The notes below the pieces were generated by a model that had not been told where the DNA came from, did not search any database, and saw only the letters and a list, made by a program, of their open reading frames with translations. Positions 1 to 9,097 of a stretch of DNA of 64,000 bases are shown piece by piece. The DNA comes from an uncultured bacterium (lineage in GTDB: Bacteria > Acidobacteriota > HRBIN11 > JAKEFK01), in contig CAVZQN010000004.1 of assembly GCA_963777505.1 (NCBI GenBank), forward strand, positions 1,056,001 through 1,120,000. Reading direction: 5' to 3'. The number at the start of each line of letters is the position of its first letter. Position 1 is the first letter of the stretch. Made by a program: the position numbers and the translations under genes.

Positions 1-502
1 TTTTATGATTTGAATTCCGCTGTTGATGCAGTTATCCAAAAAGGATTTATAGATGAAAATAATCTTTTTGTAACTGGCGGGAGTGGAGGTGGTGTCCTGA
101 CCTGCTGGATGGATCGGGAAGACCGATCGTTTTCGTGCGGCTGTTTCTGCATATCCAGTAATCAACTGGATCAGCTGGGTTCTCACTTCGGATGTTCCAG
201 CATTTGGAGCTAAATACTGGTTTCCAGGATATCCGTGGGAGTATACGGATCATTACATGAAGCGTTCACTTTTGTCTGTAGTCGCAAATGTAAAAACTCC
301 AACCATGGTGATCACAGGTGAGGAGGATTGGCGTACACCAATTTCAGAATCAGAACAGTACTATACGGCTTTGAAATTGCGCAAGGTAGAGTCTGTTCTT
401 GTTCGCGTTCCTGGTGAACCACATGGTATCCGAGTTCGGCCAAGCCACCATATTTCAAAAATATTGCACATCGTGACCTGGTTTGATAAACACAAAAAAT
501 AA
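1..502 (+). CDS. S9 family (prolyl oligopeptidase / acylaminoacyl peptidase) serine peptidase, 3' part; +1 frameshift near 111
   Basis: Nucleophile motif VTGGSGGG, Asp motif TGEEDWRTP, His motif GEPHGI. Removing one G at ~111 (ATGGATCGGG -> ATG ATC GGG) gives CWM-IGKTDRFRAAVSAYPVINW, continuing into ORF 257..502. 5' end lies outside the window. Confidence 0.85.
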
Positions 503-562
503 TGAGGATGGAAGAGAGAAGTCCCGCTCGTAACTTTCTAAGTTCCACTTAAGTCGAAATCT

Positions 563-591
563 TTGACATTATCCGGTAGATACCGTTCAAT
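563..591 (+). promoter_or_regulatory. Putative sigma70 promoter, probably producing a leaderless mRNA
   Basis: TTGACA (563-568)-N17-TTCAAT (586-591); ATG 6 nt later at 598 with no Shine-Dalgarno. Confidence 0.5.
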
Positions 592-597
592 CAGCCA

Positions 598-1560
598 ATG
601 CGGAACGGAATAATCCTACTCTTGCTTATCATTGCCTCAACAGTGAGTGCGCAGCTTCAAGAAGAAGTGAGTGTTGACCTTGTTGAAGTCTATGTTTCTG
701 CACTCAATTCAAGTGATCTTCCTGTAACGGACCTAAAGCAGGAGGATTTTGTTGTGAAAGAAGATGGTGTTCCTCAACAAATTTCGTATTTCACAAGACT
801 TCTTGATGCTGACAGCCAGATTCCACTAACAATTGGATTTCTTGTCGATACGAGCGGCAGTATGAGTCGTGGCGACGATAAGCTGAAACGGATCGACATC
901 GCTCGTAACTTTGCTTCTTTATTTTTGAAAGAAGTAAAACCAGCCGACACGCTTCGAATTTTTGCATTCGATAATGTATATCGTGCATTAAACCCATCGA
1001 GTTCTGATCTGCAGTCTATAGAAGATGCGCTATCCAAACTAAAAATAGACACAGCAGAGAGTCCGGGCACCGCATTATTACTTTCTGTGGATTTGACAAT
1101 TAAACAGCTTGAATCGAATTTCGGAAGAAAGATTATCGTTGTGTGTTCTGATGGCCAAAATAACATTCCAGGTCCTTCACCCGAAGTTTTGATTGAGACG
1201 CTAAAGAAAAAAGATATTACTGTGCTCACATTAACGACTGTGCGAGATGAAGATGTCAAAGCAACCGGCTCAATCGCATTAAATGCCTTGGGTGTCAGGC
1301 AAGAAAAAACGAAGGAAGCGAAAGACGCGCGAAAATTGATGAAGATGTTGGCTGAAGAATCAGGCGGATATGCATTTTTCCCCAAGAATGATTCAAAGCT
1401 AAATGAATCAATTGAACAACTCCGGTCGATTATACGGAGTCAATATGCAATTTCCTTCAAACCGAATACTCGATCGGGATCTTCATGGCGGAAAATAGAT
1501 GTAGAGTGCAAACGAAAAGGAATAAAGTTGCAGTACAGACAAGGTTATTTTATGGAGTAG
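598..1560 (+). CDS. Secreted VWA-domain protein (VWFA-related acidobacterial family)
   Basis: Signal peptide; 'VSVDLVEVYVS...PVTDLKQEDFVVKEDG' N-terminus; MIDAS DTSGS; downstream SDG; C-terminal YRQGY. Confidence 0.85.
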   Translation: MRNGIILLLLIIASTVSAQLQEEVSVDLVEVYVSALNSSDLPVTDLKQEDFVVKEDGVPQQISYFTRLLDADSQIPLTIGFLVDTSGSMSRGDDKLKRIDIARNFASLFLKEVKPADTLRIFAFDNVYRALNPSSSDLQSIEDALSKLKIDTAESPGTALLLSVDLTIKQLESNFGRKIIVVCSDGQNNIPGPSPEVLIETLKKKDITVLTLTTVRDEDVKATGSIALNALGVRQEKTKEAKDARKLMKMLAEESGGYAFFPKNDSKLNESIEQLRSIIRSQYAISFKPNTRSGSSWRKIDVECKRKGIKLQYRQGYFME

Positions 1561-1582
1561 GGATAGGTCTAGACCGCCCGAC
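1557..1582. repeat. Degenerate GTAG-type REP-like element between convergent genes
   Basis: GTAGGGATAGGTCTAGACCGCCCGAC resembles GTAGGGGCGGGTCTAAGACCCGCCCGGAC at 33082. Confidence 0.45.
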
Positions 1583-3572
1583 TTAAGGAGTACTGCTCAA
1601 TCTGCGGATGGCTTCGTTAGCTCTTTGGCGTTGTTCAGGGAAGTTTTTTTCGGAAGAAAGTTCAAGAAATTTTTGATACGCGTGAAGAGCCTCTTCAGTC
1701 TTTTTCATTTTTTCAGCTTGAACAGCGAGGTTGAAATATGGACTTGGATTTTCCGGATCATTATTAACGGCTTGCCGAAAGAATTTGATTGCATCCTCAT
1801 CGCGCCTTAAAGCTGAGTAAGTCATCGCAAGACCATTCATGGCAAAAACGTAACGTGGATTAATTTGCAATGCCTTTTGATATTCCGTCAGCGCTTGTTC
1901 GTGCTTTCCGGTCGCTCGCATCAAATTGGCAAAAGAATAATGGGCCAAAACATTTTGGTCATCCATCGCCAATGCGATTCGGAATTCTTTTTCTGCAAGA
2001 TCATAACGTTTCTCCATGTGATTGATCTGGCCCAGGTTCACATGCAGCGAAGCAAAATCAACCCGATTTGAAATCGCATTCTGAATGCAGGATTTCGCGC
2101 GATCATATTGTTCCAACTTGATATGAGCAGAACAAAGATGATCGTAAACGATTCGTGTGTATTTTTCAGTTTTAAGAACTGATTCAAAAGTGTTAATTGC
2201 GTCTTTGTAATTCTGACTTCCGAATTGATAAATGCCTTTTTGAATTTCATTCCAAACTTGAATCTTGTCTTTGGGATCGATGCCCGAAGAACTTTTCGAA
2301 GAGCTTCCCGATCCGGAAACGTAACCAAGACTCGCGAGGCGTTCTTTTGTTTCCGGGTCCATCTCTTCATTCGAAGAAGAAATTTGTCCTTTTTGTGTTT
2401 TATATAAACGATCGATTTCGGCTTTTAATTTCCTGCCTATATCCGGAAATCTGTGAATTTGATTTTGTGTTTCTGCAGAATCGTTTATCAAATCGTAGAG
2501 TTCGGGTTTCGGGGCATCAATGTAGTGATGTTTTTCAGTCTCAATTCCATGTAATTCACTCCAGCCCAAATTTATTTTCGGATAAAACGACTCACTGAAG
2601 CTGTAAAGAGATAGGTCTTTTGTTTTCTCAAGCGCTGATTTAAGACTCACTCCGCTGCCGGCTAGTGTGGTTTTGATTTGTGCATACTCAAGCAAAGTTG
2701 GACCAAGATCGATCAATCGGCTCAGCCCTGGAAAATTGGAATCGGGCGGAATTACTCCAGGCGCAACCAGGATCATTGGAATATGAAGCGTAGAGTTGTA
2801 AATGAGCAGAGAATGAGTTTGTTCCTGATGTTCCCCCAAACCTTCGCCATGATCTCCTGCGATGGCAATGATGTTGTTGTTGAATTGTTTGGCCTTCAAA
2901 TCCCTGAAAATCTTTCCGATCACATGATCGGTGTAGGCAATTTCGCCGGCATAAAGATCGTTTGAATATTGTGTACGAAAGGGTTCAGGAGGGTTATAAG
3001 GAGCGTGAGGATCGTAAAGGTGAATCCAAACAAAAAAAGGTGACTGATTGTTTACGCTGGGAAGCCACTTTGAAAACGCTGCATAGACTGCATCTGCATT
3101 GCGTTCCGCTTCTTGACTCTCCAGCATTCCAATAGGCATCGCATCATCGAATGTGTCAAATCCTTGATTGAGTCCAAAACGATGATCCAGCACAAAGCTG
3201 CCAACAAAGGCGGCCGGTGCGGTAGCCCTGGCTTTTAAAAAGTTCGGCGATCGTTGAATGCTTAGTTGCGAGCTTGTTTCCATTGTCACGAACCCCGTGT
3301 TGAACCGGATACAACGCTGTCATTAATGATGCATGTGAGGGAAGAGTCAGTGGTACTGGTGCGCGTGCGCGTGTGAAATTTACACCTTGCTTCGCGAGTG
3401 AATCAAGATTCGGAGTTTTTGCTTTTGTTGAACCATTGATGCCAATAGCATCTCCGCGCAAGGTGTCAATTGTGATTAGAATCACATTCCTTTGTGTCTC
3501 TGCGGTAGATTGTGCAAAGACTTCTGATAATTGGGTATTGAATAGGATGATTAAAAATAAAATTCTAAGCAT
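1583..3572 (-). CDS. Sulfatase-like (alkaline phosphatase superfamily) hydrolase/transferase with C-terminal TPRs; frameshift near 3215
   Basis: ORF 3156..3572 has a signal peptide, ITIDTLR and PLTLPSHAS. ORF 1583..3289 has HLYDPHAPY, YAGEI, GDHGEGLGEH, LASLGYV and TPRs. Removing one G (ACCGGCCGCC -> ACC GCC GCC) joins them as GYRTAAFVGSFVLD. Confidence 0.85.
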
Positions 3573-3584
3573 GTCTTCTAATTT

Positions 3585-3603
3585 TTACCACAGAGACGCA
3601 GAG
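3585..3603. repeat. ACCRCAGAG-type short dispersed repeat
   Basis: TTACCACAGAGACGCAGAG; about 14 related copies in the window. Confidence 0.7.
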
Positions 3604-3642
3604 GAGTTCGCGAGAAGGATCAAATGGAAGTGAAGAAATGAA

Positions 3643-3666
3643 GGGGCGAGGGAATGCCTCGCCCCA
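3643..3666 (-). terminator. Probable intrinsic terminator after TBDR1
   Basis: GGGGCGAGG-loop-CCTCGCCCC hairpin followed on the minus strand by TTCATTTCTT, about 10 nt after the stop. Confidence 0.6.
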
Positions 3667-3675
3667 ATGAAAATG

Positions 3676-6504
3676 CTAGAAACCGAAACCGAGACGAACT
3701 TCAAGCCGTCGTGGTTGGGACCAGTAATTTGGAAGGAATGTTTGCTCGGCACTCTGGATTCTTAACGAAGCAAGGCTCAACTCATTATCAGAGTTCAATA
3801 CGTTGTAGATGGTACCGTCGAGTCTAACGAACATTTCCTGACCGAGGTTAAACCTTTTTCCTACTGTAACATCGATTGATTCAATGTTTGCCAACCGAAA
3901 GTCTCGTTCCATGATAATGTCCGTTCCGCCCTGATTTAGACCGGTTTGACGGAAAATTCGTGTATGGTGACGTCCGCTTGAGAAGTCAGCAATGACTGAT
4001 GCCGTCATACCCCACCATATTTCCTGAAATACCGATTGCAAACGGAACATATGCGGCCGATCACCTTGCAAATTCCCTTCAGCATTGAGGTAATGATTCA
4101 CCAGATCGCTGCTGTCACGTGATCCATAAAAGGGATTGAATTGAGTTTGAGTTAACGGTCTTGGAATCAATCCTTCAGAACGTGACCATGTATAGCTCGC
4201 ATTCAAAGCCCAGTTGCTGGACAATCTCTTTTCAAAATTGAGCATAACACCATGATAGGTCTGGAAATAATCAAGATCGCCGTTCTGGCATGCTGAAGCT
4301 TCTGGAAGCTGGTTGCAGAAATTGCCAGGATCATTTCCTTTCGAAATGGTCGGTGCTTCAACGAAGTTGAAGATTGTATATTCTTGTCCTGTGACTGGAT
4401 CGACAAGAGTAAAGGGTTCGAAAACTCCACCATTGGCTGTCCAACCGATCAAATCCTGAGTGTCTTTATAGACATATTGAACACCAAAAGCGATAGAATC
4501 TCCGACTTGCTGTTCATAGCCGATCGAATAGTTTAGCGCTTTCGGCGGATCGAGATTTTGAGGCACAACTAACGTATTTTCAGCAAGACCTACTGGTTCA
4601 AACTGACCTGTTTCCTCATTAAACAGGAACGTCGTGATTGGTGGCAGCTCGGGCGGTGGATAATCCCAGTTTCCAGAGACATTGTGGTCATAGTAAACAC
4701 CGAATGATCCCTGAATTTTTGAACGTCCATCGGCAGTCGGTTGATAAGTGAAACCAATGCGCGGTGAGACGATGTTCCAATTTGATGCTTCCAAGCCCGG
4801 AATGATCTCGCCTGTTCCGGTGAAATTTCCTGCCGGTGAAATGGAAGGTGTTCCAGCTCTTAAACGTTCATAATCCGGAATTGTGCCGGTGTTATGATCA
4901 AAACGAAGACCAACATTCAACGTAAAACGATCATTTACAGTGATTGTGTCATCAACAAAAATACCTAATTCTCTGTTGTCTGCGCCATATTGAAATGGAG
5001 CCTGGTACACTTTATATAAATAACCGCCGTAGTTATATTGATAGAAACCATTCACACCGATTCCGATGTTGGTGTTTGCGGATCCTCGGGAATATTGAAC
5101 GCCGAATTTGAATTCGTGGTCGCTCTTCAGGAAGTGGTCCGCATAATATGTTGCTTTGCCCTTAAAGGTGCTTCTCCAGGTTTTATAATCCCATGGATAC
5201 AAAACACCGCCGGAATACACAGCAGGTCCGCCGCCTGGAGGCGTGTAATCAATAAAAGCATCTTCTAATGGTGCGCCAACAACAGAATCATAAACGTCAT
5301 TGGACCACCATCCAGAATACCCTGCTTCTAGCAGCAGATTTTCTGTCCATGTGGAAGTCCAGTTTGCACCCCATGCCGGGTTCTTACCACCTTCACCTGG
5401 TAAAGCTGAAGGTGCAATAAAAGGATCTGGAGCATTCGGACTATCCCATTTGTCGTAATGGAAGAAGCCGTAAAATTCATGGTTATCACCAGCCAGTGCA
5501 TTGATTTTCACATCGTATTTATCGCTCTTATACGGCGCGTCTGCGGCAAACTCTGGATCGACACCAGGCATGCTGAATGCATCGCGATACGATTGAATAC
5601 CGCCGAAAAACCAGATTCTATCTTTAATGATTGGACCGCCAATTTGAGCGGTGACCTGGCGATAATCCAAACGTTCATATTCAGCGGAGTTAGGGTCTAC
5701 TGTCGGATCGAATTCGCGATAATCGACATTGCTATCTGTCAATGCATCATCCAACAGGTAGTAGTTGGCGCCGCCATGAAAATCATTTCCGCCTTTTTTC
5801 GTAACAACGTTAAATACGGCTCCTGTATGGTTCCCATATTCAGCGCTTGCGCCTGCAATGACCTGAATTTCCTCAATAAGGTCAGGATTGACCGTGTACC
5901 ATACTGAACCTGTTTCTGGTGCGGAAAGGTCAACACCATCAGCAAGCCATGCATTCGATTGCATATTGGAGCCAAAAGCAATCGTACGATCGCCGTTTGC
6001 GTCTCCTGTGCTGGCGCTGACGCCCGGAGTATTTTGCATCAACGTAAACTGAGAATGCTGAGTCGGAATTTCTTCCAACAACACTCCGCTGAAGTTCGTA
6101 GCAATACCCGTTTCAGTTACATCGATAAGCGGCGTTTCGCCGATTAGAGTTACCGATTCTTCAAGTCTTCCTATTTGCATTGTTACTGGAACGGTTGCAG
6201 TTGTTTCCAACCCGACTTTAACGTTTTCTACAAGAACTTTGTCAAACCCACCCATCGTGATGTCTAACGAGTAACTTCCAATAGGTAAGGCTGGAAATCG
6301 GAAATCACCTGACTCGTTTGTGTATGTAGTGCGGCTTTGACCCAGCAATACCTTGCTGCTCGCAATTACAGTTACACCAGGAAGAGGTTTACCTTCACTA
6401 TCGACAACTTGTCCGCGAATACTTCCTGTCGTTTGTGCCCATGCAGAAATGCTGAAAACCAACAACAGGCATAACAGCGGAAAGAGTGTCCTCTTGCTTA
6501 ACAT
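3676..6504 (-). CDS. Oar-like TonB-dependent receptor with N-terminal carboxypeptidase-regulatory-like domain (TBDR1)
   Basis: Signal peptide (AWA-Q); GSIRGQVVD..GKPLPGV; plug motif EEIQV..SAEYG..TGAVFNVVTKKGGN; TLNVGLRFD; SPRIGF; C-terminal PRRLEVRLGFGF. Confidence 0.9.
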   Translation of the reverse strand: MLSKRTLFPLLCLLLVFSISAWAQTTGSIRGQVVDSEGKPLPGVTVIASSKVLLGQSRTTYTNESGDFRFPALPIGSYSLDITMGGFDKVLVENVKVGLETTATVPVTMQIGRLEESVTLIGETPLIDVTETGIATNFSGVLLEEIPTQHSQFTLMQNTPGVSASTGDANGDRTIAFGSNMQSNAWLADGVDLSAPETGSVWYTVNPDLIEEIQVIAGASAEYGNHTGAVFNVVTKKGGNDFHGGANYYLLDDALTDSNVDYREFDPTVDPNSAEYERLDYRQVTAQIGGPIIKDRIWFFGGIQSYRDAFSMPGVDPEFAADAPYKSDKYDVKINALAGDNHEFYGFFHYDKWDSPNAPDPFIAPSALPGEGGKNPAWGANWTSTWTENLLLEAGYSGWWSNDVYDSVVGAPLEDAFIDYTPPGGGPAVYSGGVLYPWDYKTWRSTFKGKATYYADHFLKSDHEFKFGVQYSRGSANTNIGIGVNGFYQYNYGGYLYKVYQAPFQYGADNRELGIFVDDTITVNDRFTLNVGLRFDHNTGTIPDYERLRAGTPSISPAGNFTGTGEIIPGLEASNWNIVSPRIGFTYQPTADGRSKIQGSFGVYYDHNVSGNWDYPPPELPPITTFLFNEETGQFEPVGLAENTLVVPQNLDPPKALNYSIGYEQQVGDSIAFGVQYVYKDTQDLIGWTANGGVFEPFTLVDPVTGQEYTIFNFVEAPTISKGNDPGNFCNQLPEASACQNGDLDYFQTYHGVMLNFEKRLSSNWALNASYTWSRSEGLIPRPLTQTQFNPFYGSRDSSDLVNHYLNAEGNLQGDRPHMFRLQSVFQEIWWGMTASVIADFSSGRHHTRIFRQTGLNQGGTDIIMERDFRLANIESIDVTVGKRFNLGQEMFVRLDGTIYNVLNSDNELSLASLRIQSAEQTFLPNYWSQPRRLEVRLGFGF

Positions 6505-6625
6505 AGAGCGCCTCCTTATTGTTGTTGTCCCATAAAGGCTGTTGATGCAGGAAAATAAGAGTTTGGTTCGAAGTGGTGGAAGATCTTTTGCCCTTTTAAC
6601 AGTCCAACAGGTCTCACTGAAGAAA

Positions 6626-6634
6626 ATTATAGCA
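6626..6634 (-). promoter_or_regulatory. Extended -10 promoter element of TBDR1
   Basis: Minus strand TGCTATAAT, conserved upstream of TBDR2 (12038-12046). Confidence 0.65.
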
Positions 6635-6673
6635 CGCTATTCCTTTCCGCTTGCAACACACTTTTAACACCAA

Positions 6674-6690
6674 GTTTTACAATGTGAAAC
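6674..6690. promoter_or_regulatory. Palindromic operator-like site
   Basis: GTTTTACA-A-TGTGAAAC; one mismatch to the perfect palindrome at 21869-21887. Confidence 0.6.
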
Positions 6691-6837
6691 GTAGGCTTAT
6701 CAGCTAGAGTCGCACAAAAATTAATGAAGATATTGCCTCATTCAACTCGTCGAAGTAATTGGACAAGACACAACCTGGGATTTAAGATTCATTTTCATAA
6801 CCATTGATTTGATTTCAAAACGTTGTTCCTGAAAACA

Positions 6838-9012
6838 ATGACCCGAAAAACAGTAATTGCACTTGTTACAGGCATTGCCTTAGTAACAGGCGCATATTTT
6901 TTCTGGAAACAGTCCTCAAGCAAAATTCAGCAATCTACGAGCAAAATTCAATCTGGCAATTTTAGTGAAGCCAACATCGTATTGATCACGATCGATACAC
7001 TTCGGGCTGATCATTTACCGGCTTACGGCTACGAAAAAATAAAGACGCCGTCCTTTGACCGTCTTGCTGCTGAGAGCATCCTTTTTGAAGATGCAGTAGC
7101 CCATGCTCCGATGACCCTTCCATCGCATGCTTCGATTCTGACCGGTTTGCTTCCGATCTCACACCGCGTGCACGATAACGCCGGCTTCATTCTGAACGCA
7201 AACATAACCACGCTTCCTGAAATTCTGAAGCAAAAAGGATATGTGACAGCGGCTTTTGTTTCTGCGTTTGTTCTCGATTCACAATTTAAGTTGGATCAGG
7301 GATTCGATCTTTATTCGGATGATCTGGCGCTGGCGGAAGCAAAAGTTTCTAGCATGGATCTATATAGACGTGCGGCGGATACTCAGTTGGAAGTCGAAGC
7401 CTGGCTTACGAAAAACAGCGATCGAAAGTTCTTTTTATGGATTCATTATTATGATCCTCATGATCCCTACGAACCGCCTGAACCATATCGCTCAAATTAC
7501 GCAAAGTCCTTATACGATGGTGAAATTGCGTATACAGATCAGGTGCTTGGACAGTTACTCAACCATCTCGATTCGTCCGGATTGAAAGAAAAAACGATTG
7601 TGGTACTGACAAGCGACCATGGAGAGGGATTGGGAGAACATCACGAACAAACGCATTCATTATTTATATATAACGCTACGCAGCATGTGCCATTGATGTT
7701 CCGGCTTCCGGGTGTTCCTGCAGGTAGAAGGAAAGAAGTTGTTGCGCATATCGATATTGCTCCTACTTTGTTGGACCTCATCGGAATCGCGCCAGATCCG
7801 GGAATGCAAGGAAGAACCCTGCGGGCTCAACTGAATGGCGAACAGCCTAATTCAAGATCTGTTTATGCAGAAAGCCGTCTGGCTGAATTACATTACGGCT
7901 GGTCTCCGCTGAGAAGCCTTACCACAACAGAGCATCGCTTTATCGAAGCGCCAACCGCTGAGTTATATGACCGCCGAACGGATCGATCAGAAACGAAAAA
8001 TATAGCCGATCAAAAACCGGAAATCGTTCAAACTCTCCGTAAAGAGTTAAACGTAATTCTTCAGACCAGTTCGCAATCGAATGCTGATCCCGGAAAAATA
8101 GATCCGGATACAGAGGAAAAGTTGAGAGCCCTTGGTTACGTTGGGACAACCGTAAAAAGCACTCCAGAGAGCCGGCGCAGCGATCCGAAAGATAAAATGG
8201 GAGTGTTGAATGCACTTAATGATGCGAAAAAGGCCAATGAATCTAAAAATTATCCGCTTGTTATCACCATTTTGACAGGGATTCTGCAGCAAGAACCGCA
8301 ACTTGTCGATGCTCACTACATGGCCGCAAACGCTCATTTACATTTGGGAAACACGGAACTCGCTTTGCAGGAATTTCTGACCGTGATCAAACTGAAACCG
8401 GATCATACGCAGACGCTATACAATCTGGGCTTTTTCTATCACGTGCAGGAAAATTTACAGGCCGCCGAATACTGGTATAAACAACTATTGAAGTATGAAC
8501 CGGAACACCTTTTTGGAAATCTCAATCTGGCAAGCTTATACAGGCAAAAAGGGGAGACGGAGAAAGCACAACCAATTGTGGAAAAGATTGTCAGTGATTA
8601 TGAACGATCTATTGAAACCGCAGCCTCACCTGAGATCCGCTCAAAATTGCTGGAAAAACTTTCTGAAATCCGTTTTAAAACCGGAGATACCGCGCAAAGC
8701 AAACTCGATCTAGAAGAATCGGTAAAAGCGGACAGCAAAAATTATCAGGCTTGGTGGAAGCTTGGCGCGCTTTATAGGCAGGAAAAAAGATTTCAGGATG
8801 CGATCCAATGCTTCGAAAAAGCAATCGAATTGAATGAGCAATTTTATCCCGCGTATTATTCTCTCTCAGCTTTATATCTTGCGACCGATACGAAACTGCA
8901 GGAAGCATTGCGTCTTGTAGAAAAAGCCAATGCAGAAGAAGGAACGAAGCAGGGAGAACAGATCCGTGCGGCAATTGTTGCGAAATTGCAACGGAAAAAG
9001 CAAGATCAATGA
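6838..9012 (+). CDS. Membrane-anchored sulfatase-like hydrolase/transferase with TPRs (paralog of 1583..3572)
   Basis: N-terminal TM helix; ITIDTLRADH, PMTLPSHAS, HYYDPHDPY, SDHGEGLGEH, LRALGYV; TPR-rich C-half. ATG at 6838 preferred over TTG at 6823. Confidence 0.88.
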   Translation: MTRKTVIALVTGIALVTGAYFFWKQSSSKIQQSTSKIQSGNFSEANIVLITIDTLRADHLPAYGYEKIKTPSFDRLAAESILFEDAVAHAPMTLPSHASILTGLLPISHRVHDNAGFILNANITTLPEILKQKGYVTAAFVSAFVLDSQFKLDQGFDLYSDDLALAEAKVSSMDLYRRAADTQLEVEAWLTKNSDRKFFLWIHYYDPHDPYEPPEPYRSNYAKSLYDGEIAYTDQVLGQLLNHLDSSGLKEKTIVVLTSDHGEGLGEHHEQTHSLFIYNATQHVPLMFRLPGVPAGRRKEVVAHIDIAPTLLDLIGIAPDPGMQGRTLRAQLNGEQPNSRSVYAESRLAELHYGWSPLRSLTTTEHRFIEAPTAELYDRRTDRSETKNIADQKPEIVQTLRKELNVILQTSSQSNADPGKIDPDTEEKLRALGYVGTTVKSTPESRRSDPKDKMGVLNALNDAKKANESKNYPLVITILTGILQQEPQLVDAHYMAANAHLHLGNTELALQEFLTVIKLKPDHTQTLYNLGFFYHVQENLQAAEYWYKQLLKYEPEHLFGNLNLASLYRQKGETEKAQPIVEKIVSDYERSIETAASPEIRSKLLEKLSEIRFKTGDTAQSKLDLEESVKADSKNYQAWWKLGALYRQEKRFQDAIQCFEKAIELNEQFYPAYYSLSALYLATDTKLQEALRLVEKANAEEGTKQGEQIRAAIVAKLQRKKQDQ

Positions 9013-9043
9013 CAGCGAAATCTGCTTTGCGTCTCTGCGGTAA

Positions 9044-9083
9044 TAAAAAAGGCGGTTCAGGAATTTTTCCTAAACCGCCTTTT
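9044..9083. terminator. Bidirectional intrinsic terminator between convergent genes
   Basis: A-run, GGCGGTT-CAGGA..TCCT-AAACCGCC stem, then TTTT. Confidence 0.75.
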
Positions 9084-9097
9084 GAAAAAAATCTGAA

